A stretch of DNA of 64,000 nt from Escherichia phage VEc20. The stretch lies in sequence record MN022785.1. One strand, written 5' to 3'. A program made the translations under genes and the position numbers. Of the stretch, positions 8,685 through 18,538 are shown one piece after another. The stretch's first letter is position 1, and each line of letters starts with the position of its first letter. The notes beneath the pieces are model-generated. The model had not been told where the DNA came from, did not search any database, and worked only from the letters and a program-made list of their open reading frames with translations.

Positions 8685-10498
8685 TGATGCTTAACCCTAT
8701 GCATGATTTCTTTATTTTTGCCGAGATTAAATCCGCGTTCGTTCGGATTTCCCAAATAACCACACGTTCTTCTTATTGTATTCATCTTTTTAGGATCAGT
8801 TTCTCCACAAATAGAACAAACAAATCCGTTTTCAGTAGGAGTCATTTCATGGGTACTTCCGCATGTAAAACATTTATCCACTGGCATATTAACACCAAAA
8901 TAATCTAAATGTTGTGCAGCATAATCCCATACGGCCTCAAGACCTTTCAAGTTATTTTTCATATCAGGAAGTTCAACATAAGAAATGTGACCACCTGTCG
9001 CAATGAAATGATATGGCGCTTCACGAGAAATCTTTTCAAACGGAGTAATATTTTCTTCTACTGAGACATGGAAACTGTTAGTGTACCAGCCTTTATCGGT
9101 AACATCTTTTACGCTTCCATATTTTTCTGTATCGAGTTTACAGAAGCGATAACAAAGGTTTTCAGCAGGAGTCGAATATAAACTAAAAGCAAATCCGGTT
9201 CTTTCAGTCCACTGTTTAAGATGAGCATTCATTTTAGTTAAAATTTCTCGTCCAATATCACGACCGACAAGAATATTCAATTCGTGAATACCAATGTATC
9301 CTAAAGACACTGAACTTCTACCGTTTTTAAATAACTCAATTATATCGTCATCAGGTTTAAGACGAACCCCAAATGCACCTTCTTGGTAAAGAATAGGAGC
9401 AACAGTAGCTTTAACTCCTTTTAAGGAACTAATTCTACACATCAAAGCTTCAAAACATAAATCCATTCGTTCATTGAACAATTCAACAAATTTCTGTTCA
9501 TTGAACTGTGTTCCAATATAAGAATCTAACGCGATGCGAGGAAGATTCAGTGTTACAACACCAAGATTATTACGTCCATCAAGAATTTCATTACCAGTCG
9601 AATCTTTCCATACGCCCAAGAAACTACGGCAACCCATTGGAGAAACAGGAATAGATGAGCCGGTGATAGCTTTATTGTTCTTAGCTGAAATAATATCAGG
9701 ATACATCCTTTTGCTTGCACACTCTAAAGCAAGCTGCTTAATATCATAGTTCGGATCGTCTTTATAAAGATTAACGCCTTCTTCAACGAACATAACAAGC
9801 TTAGGGAAAATAGGAGTTATCCCATCACGACCGAGACCTTTAATACGATTTTTCAGAATTGCTTTCTGAATCATTCGTTCAGTCCAGTCAGTTCCCGTAC
9901 CAAATGTAATTGTTACAAAAGGAGTCTGTCCGTTTGAACTAAAGAGAGTATTTACTTCATATTCATAAGCTTGGAATGCATCGTATACATCTTTTTCTGT
10001 TTTAGATTGAGCATAATTCAACGCATCAGCGATTTGCCATTTTTCTGCATCCTCAATATGTTTTGCATAGGTGCGTTTAACATAAGGAGAAAGTACTTTA
10101 TCGACATTAGCAAATGTAGTTCCGCCATATTGGTGAGAAGCAACCTGTGCAGTAATTTGTGCCATAATTGCAGTAGCAACACCGATTGATTTAGGAGTTT
10201 CAATCTGTGCATTACCAAGCTTAAATCCGTTTTCAAGCATTCCTTTTAAATCTACTAAACAACAATTAGTAAATGGAAGAGCAGGGGAATAATCAATATC
10301 ATGGAAATGAATAATTCCGCTTTCATGCGCTTTCATAATAAAAGACGGGACCATATTTTTGGCAATGTGTTTAGACACAATACCAGCCATAAGGTCCCGT
10401 TGAGTTGGAAAAACACGAGAATCTTTATTAGCATTCTCGTTTAAAAGGTCTTTATTAGTTTTATGAATCAATCCTTCAATTTCTTTTTCAATTGTCAT
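8681..10498 (-). CDS. nrdD: Anaerobic ribonucleoside-triphosphate reductase (class III, glycyl radical); uninterrupted
   Basis: 605 aa; C-terminal glycyl-radical motif RRTCGYLG and Cys-rich zinc ribbon; single continuous ORF. Confidence 0.95.
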   Translation of the reverse strand: MTIEKEIEGLIHKTNKDLLNENANKDSRVFPTQRDLMAGIVSKHIAKNMVPSFIMKAHESGIIHFHDIDYSPALPFTNCCLVDLKGMLENGFKLGNAQIETPKSIGVATAIMAQITAQVASHQYGGTTFANVDKVLSPYVKRTYAKHIEDAEKWQIADALNYAQSKTEKDVYDAFQAYEYEVNTLFSSNGQTPFVTITFGTGTDWTERMIQKAILKNRIKGLGRDGITPIFPKLVMFVEEGVNLYKDDPNYDIKQLALECASKRMYPDIISAKNNKAITGSSIPVSPMGCRSFLGVWKDSTGNEILDGRNNLGVVTLNLPRIALDSYIGTQFNEQKFVELFNERMDLCFEALMCRISSLKGVKATVAPILYQEGAFGVRLKPDDDIIELFKNGRSSVSLGYIGIHELNILVGRDIGREILTKMNAHLKQWTERTGFAFSLYSTPAENLCYRFCKLDTEKYGSVKDVTDKGWYTNSFHVSVEENITPFEKISREAPYHFIATGGHISYVELPDMKNNLKGLEAVWDYAAQHLDYFGVNMPVDKCFTCGSTHEMTPTENGFVCSICGETDPKKMNTIRRTCGYLGNPNERGFNLGKNKEIMHRVKHQ

Positions 10499-10968
10499 TT
10501 TAAACTCTTTCTAAGCTGCTTCTTAAATGAAGCTATTAACTGTGTTTTGGTGTCAGATTCATTATATTCAAATCCTCTTTGAAGCATCTCGGCCATCATT
10601 TCCTCTTTTCCTAAACGAGAAAATTCCTTTGATTTATCTCCAACAAAGTTAGGGTGAATATTATTTTGGGTGTAATCGGATTTTAAATAAGTAAGTAAAT
10701 TTTCTAACCATTCAAGATAATCAACACCTTGTCCCTTTAAGCCAGAACGATTAAATTTGTGCTTCATTTGACCTTCTGCAGCATTGCAGAGATTACAAAG
10801 CAATCCACGTACCTTTCCTGCTTTTGGTCCATTTAATTCATGGTCATGGTCGAGGTGATTAGCTTGAACATCAGGATTTAGTTCTCGTTGGCAAATTAAG
10901 CATTTACCGTTTTGTGCATTATAAAATTTTTGTTTTTCTTCTTTGTATAATTTGCCAGTCAATAACAT
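10495..10968 (-). CDS. 49: Endonuclease VII (Holliday junction resolvase)
   Basis: 157 aa, same as T4 endo VII; zinc-binding Cys cluster (CLICQRE...CNLCN). Confidence 0.9.
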   Translation of the reverse strand: MLLTGKLYKEEKQKFYNAQNGKCLICQRELNPDVQANHLDHDHELNGPKAGKVRGLLCNLCNAAEGQMKHKFNRSGLKGQGVDYLEWLENLLTYLKSDYTQNNIHPNFVGDKSKEFSRLGKEEMMAEMLQRGFEYNESDTKTQLIASFKKQLRKSLK

Positions 10969-11000
10969 AATAAAACCCTTACCTTAAATAGATAAGGGTA

Positions 11001-11056
11001 TTTATTATTTTTAAGTATTGTAAAACATTCGATGCAATCGTTTATACTGTCGAATC
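11001..11056. repeat. Direct repeat copy 1 (about 50 bp), partner at 11219-11285
   Basis: ttttaagtattgtaaaacattcgatgcaatcgtttatactgtcgaatc versus ttcaagtattgtaaaacatttgatgcaatcgcttatattgccgaatc. Confidence 0.8.
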
Positions 11057-11187
11057 ATCTTTTTAGTAGGACGAGAATAGGTTCCTACGCAAGTGGTCAT
11101 ATGAGGGTCCGTAGAATGTCCTTTAATAAAAAGTTTCCAAACCTTACCGCCATTTAACTTTTCAGTATAAACCAATTCGGTTTTCAT
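11011..11187 (-). CDS. Small ORF (58 aa) sharing its C-terminal tail with the neighbouring 167-aa protein
   Basis: Hand-translated; ends IRQYKRLHRMFYNT, compare QKIRQYKRLHQMFYNT at the end of 11224..11727. Below the ORF-track size cutoff. Confidence 0.35.
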   Translation of the reverse strand: MKTELVYTEKLNGGKVWKLFIKGHSTDPHMTTCVGTYSRPTKKMIRQYKRLHRMFYNT

Positions 11188-11218
11188 TAAAATGTCCTGT
11201 CAGAAAAAGAATTTTGAG

Positions 11219-11285
11219 TTTTTTCAAGTATTGTAAAACATTTGATGCAATCGCTTATATTGCCGAATCTTTTGGTCAGAAAAAG
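11219..11285. repeat. Direct repeat copy 2
   Basis: See copy 1 at 11001-11056. Confidence 0.8.
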
Positions 11286-11727
11286 AAATTTGAGTTTCAA
11301 GCCATTCAATGTACTCTGCGGCAGCTTGCATCAGGTTACCTTCATAGCCATCGTTATTTTCTTGTGCAGCTAATTTAGCTAATGCGTATGAAATACGTTC
11401 ACCTTGAAAATCGGCTTTAGGCTTCTGAACAACTTGATTAGTTCTCTCTACAACTTCCTCGATTTCACCATTTTCAACGGATTCAGTATTCCACAAACAC
11501 CAATACGTAATTGGCTTATCATAGATGTTAATAATCTTTCCGTCGGAAAGTTCAATTTCAACAATTCCAGTGTCAGGCTCTATATCATCTTCACATTCTT
11601 TTGCAAGTTCACGAACTTTAAAGACAGTACCTGCACTAAGTTCCGGCCAGTAATTACATAGCCCTGTATCAATACGATTAATTCTAAACCACTTATCTAC
11701 TGTAATCATGTCCCATCTCCATATCAA
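11224..11727 (-). CDS. Hypothetical early protein (position of T4 pin/49.x genes)
   Basis: 167-aa ORF; true start may be the internal Met at 11709. Confidence 0.55.
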   Translation of the reverse strand: MIWRWDMITVDKWFRINRIDTGLCNYWPELSAGTVFKVRELAKECEDDIEPDTGIVEIELSDGKIINIYDKPITYWCLWNTESVENGEIEEVVERTNQVVQKPKADFQGERISYALAKLAAQENNDGYEGNLMQAAAEYIEWLETQISFSDQKIRQYKRLHQMFYNT

Positions 11728-11831
11728 TTAAGTCATTTATCGTTGGTTCATTATATACTGTTTCTTCATCAGTGTAAACCGGTTCTTCCGGCTCTGGCTC
11801 TACAGTTTCCCATCTAGCCGCCCACCAAGGT

Positions 11832-12002
11832 TTAACCCCGAAGCTTATTAAGTTCTTCATAATCAATCCAGGATTCTAATCCTGATGGCAAATCAGATTC
11901 AATTTCCCAAAGAAGTTCTTCAATTTTATGAAGACGATCTAGTTCTTCGGCTGGAATAGTAACCATTGACGGAGTTCTTGATACATTAATATCGTAAATC
12001 AT
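11832..12002 (-). CDS. Small acidic hypothetical protein
   Basis: Hand-translated 56-aa ORF (MIYDINVSRTPSMVTIPAEELDRLHKIEELLWEIE...); ATGA-type overlap with the upstream gene. Confidence 0.35.
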   Translation of the reverse strand: MIYDINVSRTPSMVTIPAEELDRLHKIEELLWEIESDLPSGLESWIDYEELNKLRG

Positions 12003-12004
12003 AT

Positions 12005-12220
12005 TTACCCCAATTTAACCATACAATCGCCGTATTTCCACTTAGAAATAGACTTTTCACCGTTAGAATAATAAACTTCGAGTTTAGCACGATTATTTTT
12101 AATTTGAATAACCTTGGCTGTCATCAAAGTTCCATACCCATAATAAACTGCAACTTCATCACCTACATATACCGCGCTTCCGCGGTAATCATGAATATAG
12201 TCAGTTCCTTCGAGCATCAT
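12005..12220 (-). CDS. Hypothetical protein
   Basis: 71-aa ORF. Confidence 0.5.
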   Translation of the reverse strand: MMLEGTDYIHDYRGSAVYVGDEVAVYYGYGTLMTAKVIQIKNNRAKLEVYYSNGEKSISKWKYGDCMVKLG

Positions 12221-12480
12221 TTAAAGTATTCCCGCAATTGATCAAATCCACCAATATGACTTCCATCAGGAGCAAATACCTGAGGCATTGTCAAGCCTAT
12301 TTGAGTATCACGACCTAGTTTAGTCAGAAGCTCAGCGATTTTCTCATCATCAAAAACACCTTTTTCCGGCATAATATTGATAAATTCAAACGGCTGTTTC
12401 TTCACAGTCAAAAGACGTTTTGCATTATCACAATACACACATTTATGGATGTTGCTATCATAACCATATACTTTAAACAT
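12217..12480 (-). CDS. nrdC: Thioredoxin/glutaredoxin NrdC
   Basis: 87 aa, CVYC active site, matches T4 thioredoxin length. Confidence 0.9.
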   Translation of the reverse strand: MFKVYGYDSNIHKCVYCDNAKRLLTVKKQPFEFINIMPEKGVFDDEKIAELLTKLGRDTQIGLTMPQVFAPDGSHIGGFDQLREYFK

Positions 12481-12481
12481 A

Positions 12482-12724
12482 TTATTCCTTAATTCCTAGT
12501 ACTTGTTTAAAAGTCTCGTCGTAATCAAGACTTTGGCCCGTTTGTTCTTTATGTTTGTATATAATATCACTTACTTCTGATAGCATATTTTTATATGAAC
12601 GAGTTAAAGCAGATTTAAGCACGCTGTATCTATCAGGAAATTTACCGTGTTCATTATAATAAGCTATTGCTAATTCACGGACTGCCTTTTCAGCAGCCTC
12701 CATATATTCTTTACGCTTGGTCAT
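12482..12724 (-). CDS. Hypothetical protein
   Basis: 80-aa ORF. Confidence 0.5.
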   Translation of the reverse strand: MTKRKEYMEAAEKAVRELAIAYYNEHGKFPDRYSVLKSALTRSYKNMLSEVSDIIYKHKEQTGQSLDYDETFKQVLGIKE

Positions 12725-12726
12725 TT

Positions 12727-13116
12727 TTAATCCAAAATATTATTAGGCATTGGTTGAACACTCACAAGTTCTTTAAAGAACTCAGTAGAGTCAGGCAATT
12801 TAACCATTTCCGGAGCATGCTTACTGAATTTATGTTTACATTGACGGCATTTATATTCAAGCTCTGGTTTACGCCAGTTAATCAACTGAACTTGTTCAGT
12901 ACCGCATTCAGGGCAATTAGGAACGTTTTTAGAAGCTCTTTCACGTCGTTCAACCATAGCCATAATAGCATCCCATGCTGGAGGTTTAAAATCTAAATCG
13001 TCGCAGCCGTGAATCTTTCCACGCATTTCCATATCATCTTCCTCACCAGCCATAATAATTTTAATTAGACTAGAATTACTTGAAGCTGCAATGTCTTCTA
13101 ATAAACGCTTTTTCAT
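12727..13116 (-). CDS. Hypothetical protein with zinc-ribbon-like Cys pairs
   Basis: 129 aa; CPECG...CRQC. Confidence 0.55.
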   Translation of the reverse strand: MKKRLLEDIAASSNSSLIKIIMAGEEDDMEMRGKIHGCDDLDFKPPAWDAIMAMVERRERASKNVPNCPECGTEQVQLINWRKPELEYKCRQCKHKFSKHAPEMVKLPDSTEFFKELVSVQPMPNNILD

Positions 13117-14042
13117 TTCAATACCTCAATAGCATTACGTAAACCATTTGCTTTTGCATTAAGAGCTTTTAACAATTTGGTGTGTTCTGCAATTTGGGCT
13201 TCAACTTCAATCAAACGGGCATTGAGATATTCACGTTCTTCACTCAGATTATCAACCTTTTCTACTTTAGGCTCTTTTACAACTGTCTTATATGTATTAG
13301 GGTTCTTCAGTTTAATTAGAATGCGTGAACTGTATAACATTGAACCATTATCTTCGGTTTCGTCATACATTTCCACTACGTCCATAATTTTTAACATCAT
13401 GCGGAGTTTATAAGACAACGAACGAATAGTTTTGTTGTGCTTATTAATTTCTTTAGCTGTCATGGTGCCAAGATTACGTGAGTAATAATAAGGAACCTGG
13501 ATATTAATTAATACTGATGAACCACCTGGCTTGTGTGTTACTTCATCAGCAATAACCCAATCCTTAACATGAACTGTATTTGTACGGTCATCGCCCGCGG
13601 TAAATAGTTTACGAGCATGCTTAAAAAGCATATTCACTTGGTCATTGAATTGACAAGCGAATTTATCAGCAAATTTAGTTTCGGGAATGGTAGATAACCA
13701 ATCAGCCAAATGGGTCTTTTTAACATCGTTAACAATAGTAAATTCAACCAAATCGGTTATAGATGTCGCAGTTTTAATGAATCTCGGCTTCATAAAGTTT
13801 TTAATGTTATCGCGAGCTACAGTAGAAGATAACATACGAGAACGTTTAAACCATTCAAGTAAATTGCCTAACGAATGAGAATAAGCGTTCTGAGTATCTT
13901 TACAGATATGATTTTCCTGGCCAACATACTGAAGGAAATCACGAAGAATATTATTGATTACTGCTCTGTGTCCTATCTGATAATCACGATGTTTAGTAAT
14001 AAGACTGTCAAAATAATCAATATAATGTTTACGAGTTTTCAT
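13113..14042 (-). CDS. Hypothetical protein, member of a four-gene tandem group with coiled-coil C-termini
   Basis: 309 aa; C-terminal heptad-like region ([42 protein letters not shown]). Confidence 0.6.
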   Translation of the reverse strand: MKTRKHYIDYFDSLITKHRDYQIGHRAVINNILRDFLQYVGQENHICKDTQNAYSHSLGNLLEWFKRSRMLSSTVARDNIKNFMKPRFIKTATSITDLVEFTIVNDVKKTHLADWLSTIPETKFADKFACQFNDQVNMLFKHARKLFTAGDDRTNTVHVKDWVIADEVTHKPGGSSVLINIQVPYYYSRNLGTMTAKEINKHNKTIRSLSYKLRMMLKIMDVVEMYDETEDNGSMLYSSRILIKLKNPNTYKTVVKEPKVEKVDNLSEEREYLNARLIEVEAQIAEHTKLLKALNAKANGLRNAIEVLK

Positions 14043-14096
14043 GTTCTTCTCACTTGGTTAATGGTTTATACTCCGAGCCATCCTTGGCTTTAAATT

Positions 14097-15098
14097 TTAC
14101 TTAATTAACTGTAAAGCTTGTTCAAGACGATCCAGGCGATTAACAGATTCTTCCCAAATCCTTTTAGCCTGCTCATATTCTTTCTGTGCTTTATTAGAAA
14201 TTTCTAGAACTTCTTTATAAGCTTTTTCTAATGCAATAACTTCTGGACGAATTTCTACCGGTTCAGGTGAATCATCAAGATTATCCATTAGTTCCTCAAG
14301 GGTAGTTTCTTCTTTAGGAGTATTCACAATTTCATCACATTTTTGTTGGTAAATTTCTTTATCAGTCGGTGAGTACGCACACTTTACTTCACGAAGACTA
14401 ACTACAATTTTATATCCTTCCCAACCGCATATATTCTTAAAAGGATAAGTATGAATATTTTCTACCGTTTCCATACAAAGTAATGCAGTCTCTAACTGAC
14501 GAGTTGTATCACTAGCAATTGAGAAAAATTTATTAATGTTCTTTTGATTAGCTTCTGGTGTAAAAAATTCATAATTCACAAAAATAGCTGCTTTATTTTT
14601 ATCAAGTTCATATTCTTTTATGATAATCATATCAGAAGCCAAAGGATGAATTTGACGATAATCGCCATAACATAATTTAGAAGCTGATTTTAGAATTTGC
14701 TTCTTGAAAAGTCTAAAATTACTAATCCAACGACGAGTAAAAATATTCTCAGGGTCTTCTTTATTATTAAGATGATAAGAATTAACATCACCGAACCAAC
14801 TGTATCCTACTACATCTTTGGTTCGTTTAATTTCTTTCCCAAAATTACTAAGAATATCTTGATTAACTAAATATGAAAGAAGACGAGACCCTTTAAAGGT
14901 TTCCTTAATATCATCTTTATCTACACGACTAGAAATTTTATGAACTTCATGAATAAATTTGCTGGAAGAAACAATACTTGCATCAGTATTGTTGAGCCAC
15001 TGATTGATAATAGAAAGAACACTATTCTGACTAGACATAGGTTTAACTTTATCATCAATAACGCTATTGAATGATTTGATATATTCGTTACGAGTCAT
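14097..15098 (-). CDS. Hypothetical protein, tandem group member with coiled-coil C-terminus
   Basis: ORF 14097..15149; start set at MTRNEY (GAGGAG 7 nt upstream; early-promoter-like TTTACT..TATAAT further upstream). Confidence 0.6.
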   Translation of the reverse strand: MTRNEYIKSFNSVIDDKVKPMSSQNSVLSIINQWLNNTDASIVSSSKFIHEVHKISSRVDKDDIKETFKGSRLLSYLVNQDILSNFGKEIKRTKDVVGYSWFGDVNSYHLNNKEDPENIFTRRWISNFRLFKKQILKSASKLCYGDYRQIHPLASDMIIIKEYELDKNKAAIFVNYEFFTPEANQKNINKFFSIASDTTRQLETALLCMETVENIHTYPFKNICGWEGYKIVVSLREVKCAYSPTDKEIYQQKCDEIVNTPKEETTLEELMDNLDDSPEPVEIRPEVIALEKAYKEVLEISNKAQKEYEQAKRIWEESVNRLDRLEQALQLIK

Positions 15099-15120
15099 AT
15101 TAATCTCCTCAGTAGAAAGT

Positions 15121-15152
15121 AAGAACATTATACCACATCCTTGTGGCAAAGT
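15121..15152 (-). promoter_or_regulatory. Early promoter-like element
   Basis: Minus strand reads TTTACT, 17 nt, TATAAT ahead of the 15098 start. Confidence 0.45.
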
Positions 15153-15155
15153 AAA

Positions 15156-16175
15156 CTAGTTCAGTGCATTTAGTGCATTGTTCAATTTAGAACGTTGCTT
15201 CGTGAGATTTTTGACTTTTTCTTGAGCTTTTTCTAGCATCTTTTCAGCTTCTAGCACTTCATTAGTTGCTTTAACGAGTTCATCATCTACTGCCTTGATA
15301 GACTTCTCAATCGCATCCGCGTGCCATTTTTCAACAGGTTTAAGACTCGGATTTTCAATAGGAAGAAAATTCACTTTATTGAATTTCCATGCATCTTTAT
15401 TACCTGAGCTATACATCCAAAATTTAGGATCGTTTGATGAGCAATTAGATAAATTTAAGTTATCTTGCACTTCCTGCTTTTTCTCTTGCGGGACTTCATC
15501 CTTTCTCAAAAAATCGTATTTAAATGAAACGATCATATCAAGTTCATACGTTGTTGTATGTTCCCAATTTCGCTCAAAATGAGGTAAAATCTTAGACTGA
15601 ACAGCGGCAACAACATCCATATACTTAAATGCTTCTGTCAACTGTGATTTAAGGCATTCACAAATTGAAAGAGAATTTTTTGTATTAGGTTTAAAGCTAA
15701 TTCGTGCAGTTCTATTATTTTCTTTTAATGGTCTTACTTCCATCTGAAGAGTATAACCATCAAATTTCAGGTTCTTTAAGTTAATGTCAGAACCTTTTAA
15801 TCGACTAGCCGTCGACAAAATTTGCTTTAATTGTTTACGGAATAGAGCAATAAATCTCCATTCAAGACGGTAATGATTTGGATTAAAAAATCCTGTTGAT
15901 AAATCAACCTTACTCTGACCAACGCCTTGAACAAATAGAGGATTTTTATAATCAATAGTTTTACAGAAATCGGTGAGCTGTTCGCGAGCAGTCATTTGCG
16001 TAATATATCCAGCTTTATCAAAATGTCGCAGCCATTCACTGCTATTCATATACTTAAAGTGAATGGAACTATTAACTCTATCAGGGTCTAAATTATTTTG
16101 GCACAAAAATGTCATAACATCACGAGTATAACTGGCATTACGAACCATATCTTCAATTTGAGAACGAGTTTTCAT
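15156..16175 (-). CDS. Hypothetical protein, tandem group member with coiled-coil C-terminus
   Basis: 339 aa; shares an N-terminal MKTR start and an internal F..F.KQ.L.S.AS.L motif with 14097..15098. Confidence 0.6.
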   Translation of the reverse strand: MKTRSQIEDMVRNASYTRDVMTFLCQNNLDPDRVNSSIHFKYMNSSEWLRHFDKAGYITQMTAREQLTDFCKTIDYKNPLFVQGVGQSKVDLSTGFFNPNHYRLEWRFIALFRKQLKQILSTASRLKGSDINLKNLKFDGYTLQMEVRPLKENNRTARISFKPNTKNSLSICECLKSQLTEAFKYMDVVAAVQSKILPHFERNWEHTTTYELDMIVSFKYDFLRKDEVPQEKKQEVQDNLNLSNCSSNDPKFWMYSSGNKDAWKFNKVNFLPIENPSLKPVEKWHADAIEKSIKAVDDELVKATNEVLEAEKMLEKAQEKVKNLTKQRSKLNNALNALN

Positions 16176-16183
16176 GGTGTTCC

Positions 16184-17089
16184 TTAAGATTTAAGTAAAT
16201 CAACAATTTTAATTAACTTTTCACGCTCAGATTTAGCTTTACTACTCAATCCAGATAGTCTGAAAATTTCATCATCATATTGTTGAATAGAAATATTCAG
16301 CTCTTCAATCTGTTTATTAAAATAATCAATTTGTTCAGAATGTTTTTCGTTACTACGAACTGGTACAGGTTTTGTAGGCAATTTAGTTGAACTGGATTCA
16401 TCCGGGCGATAAATTAAAATACAATTTGAACCAATCGGGCATTTAGCACCAGACACATATTCTAGTGTTCCAGCTTCTTTTAAAACTTCAAAAGCTAAAC
16501 GGAGATGATGACCCATATTGACATAATCTGTAGAGTGAGCTCTGATATAATAATCATCTCCACGAGTACTAAATTTAAAGCATTTAAGGTCTTCTGTATT
16601 ATTAGTTTTAAAAATCATTTGTTTATCTAGACCTTTAGCTAATCGAGCACCTAATGCTAATAATCGTCGTTGATTTTCCCATAAATCCGCAATCATTTGA
16701 TCGAATGACAATTTCGGCATTAGTCGACCATAAAGGTCATATCCTTTATTATAATTGCGAAGAATTTCACTCGCGTTAATACGAGACAACGCTCCAATTT
16801 TATTAAGGGCTTTCATGATGCGATTAGATAAACTCATTCCAGACCCGTTTGTTCGCTGTAAATGTTTTTCTAATCCAAATCCAATATCAACTTTAAATTT
16901 ATCTAAAATTTTGGCATGAACATCTCTGTCAATAACATTCAAATCCAAAGTTGGGTTAAATCTATGAAAAAATTTATCTGGCTCTCCACGACGAAGTACA
17001 GTCCATTCATTCATCATTTTTTTATTAACTAAAGATTTAATTACTGCATTGACATTATTAATTACTACTGACATATTTTCCTCACTCAA
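16184..17089 (-). CDS. Hypothetical protein, tandem group member with coiled-coil C-terminus
   Basis: 301 aa; C-terminal EQIDYFNKQIEELNISIQQYDDEIFRL... Confidence 0.6.
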   Translation of the reverse strand: MSEENMSVVINNVNAVIKSLVNKKMMNEWTVLRRGEPDKFFHRFNPTLDLNVIDRDVHAKILDKFKVDIGFGLEKHLQRTNGSGMSLSNRIMKALNKIGALSRINASEILRNYNKGYDLYGRLMPKLSFDQMIADLWENQRRLLALGARLAKGLDKQMIFKTNNTEDLKCFKFSTRGDDYYIRAHSTDYVNMGHHLRLAFEVLKEAGTLEYVSGAKCPIGSNCILIYRPDESSSTKLPTKPVPVRSNEKHSEQIDYFNKQIEELNISIQQYDDEIFRLSGLSSKAKSEREKLIKIVDLLKS

Positions 17090-17490
17090 TTTTCAATTTT
17101 ACTAAATACGCAGAATATAATGGAAAAGACTATATAAGCACCACACACAGATTGAACTAATACCATTCCAAAGAACCAAACAATATTATCAAACCATGTC
17201 TGTTTTACGTCGAAAGGACGTAAACTTACAGTAATATTATCACCTTTTTCTATTGAAGAATACATCTCCGGTGAAATATATTCGCTAAATCTATAACCGT
17301 CTTTGAGTTCATATACAGCAATAAACGATAAACTAGACCCCTTTCCTTGAGTTCCTGTAAGGGTATTAACTACAGTAACATCATAATCTTTATAATGCAT
17401 ATAATCATTAATAGCATAATAACCATATGCAACTACTACACATAAACAGCATATCAATAAATTCAATCTTTTAATTATCAACTGTTTCAT
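17086..17490 (-). CDS. Membrane protein (N- and C-terminal hydrophobic segments)
   Basis: 134 aa; ATGA overlap with the downstream gene. Confidence 0.55.
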   Translation of the reverse strand: MKQLIIKRLNLLICCLCVVVAYGYYAINDYMHYKDYDVTVVNTLTGTQGKGSSLSFIAVYELKDGYRFSEYISPEMYSSIEKGDNITVSLRPFDVKQTWFDNIVWFFGMVLVQSVCGAYIVFSIIFCVFSKIEN

Positions 17491-17545
17491 AATAATCTCA
17501 ATTAAAAGGGCTTAGAACCATTATACCATCCTTGGTATAAAGCGG

Positions 17546-18073
17546 TTATGCGAGTACCGTCTTTAACCGTTCTTCAAACTTCCGAAGAGTATTCTGGCGT
17601 TCAGCTCTTTGCTTTTTGTAAGTTTCAATACGCTCTGAAATGAGAGTGTATCGTTCATTTACTGATTCTTTCATAAAATCAGGAATTTCACGAGAAGCTT
17701 TAATCTCATCAAATTTATCAATAACAGCTTGCTCTTCAGCAATTAAGTTATCATACATCAAAATATCTTTCTTGATGAACTCAATATCTTCTTGAGTTAC
17801 ACGAGATAACTTAGATGCTTTATCCTTTTTGTAATGTTCATTAGTATCACGAGACCAGTGTAATGTACGATTTTTATTCGTATTCTTGTAAATTTCTACA
17901 ATACCAATCTCATCGATAATAACGATCCAATTCCAACGGGATTTGTAAATTTGTCCTCCATCAACCGTGATTTCACCTCCGATTGAGATGTCATTAAAGA
18001 ACTTGCTTTGCGCTTCAGATTTAAATTTACCATCGTTGTAATTTACCAGGTTGAAAATATCTTTAGCGTTCAT
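17546..18073 (-). CDS. Hypothetical protein, charged C-terminal helix
   Basis: ORF 17546..18133; start moved to MNAKDIF because an early-promoter-like element (18101-18131) sits inside the longer ORF. Confidence 0.5.
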   Translation of the reverse strand: MNAKDIFNLVNYNDGKFKSEAQSKFFNDISIGGEITVDGGQIYKSRWNWIVIIDEIGIVEIYKNTNKNRTLHWSRDTNEHYKKDKASKLSRVTQEDIEFIKKDILMYDNLIAEEQAVIDKFDEIKASREIPDFMKESVNERYTLISERIETYKKQRAERQNTLRKFEERLKTVLA

Positions 18074-18100
18074 TTTGTGTTCCTCCGTAGTTGATAGTTG

Positions 18101-18131
18101 TATAGTACCACAGAGGAACAGTCTTGTAAAC
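18101..18131 (-). promoter_or_regulatory. PeSL-type early promoter-like element
   Basis: Minus strand GTTTACA, 17 nt, TACTATA; conserved gatagttgtatagtacca block. Confidence 0.5.
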
Positions 18132-18133
18132 AA

Positions 18134-18448
18134 CTAAAAGAAACTTCTTTCACAATTTTTTCCACTAAACCATGCGCTAACCGCTTTCTTAGTCTCAGGA
18201 GCAGTGTTATCCATAAACCATTCAAAGGCAGCCTTTTTATGATTCTGGAGGGCTTCTCGGGCTTTAATCTGCTCACGGTCTATTAACACTAACATATGAG
18301 CCTTTCTTGTCACCAGGGGCTTCTTATGATTTTTTGAATACTCCCAATCATTTGTCCATCGCATCGTTGTTGCGAATTGAAGTACAGCTTCTTTAATCTT
18401 AGTTTCGTAAATTTCACGAGCCTTTGAGTATAACATCATTACCTCCAT
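18134..18448 (-). CDS. Hypothetical protein
   Basis: 104-aa ORF. Confidence 0.5.
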   Translation of the reverse strand: MEVMMLYSKAREIYETKIKEAVLQFATTMRWTNDWEYSKNHKKPLVTRKAHMLVLIDREQIKAREALQNHKKAAFEWFMDNTAPETKKAVSAWFSGKNCERSFF

Positions 18449-18538
18449 TTACCAGTTTAATTCTAGTCATCTTTTTAATGGCAGTCCATATAATCTATTT
18501 CTGAACTGCCTTTTTGTCTTAGAAGTCCTCTTATGAAT

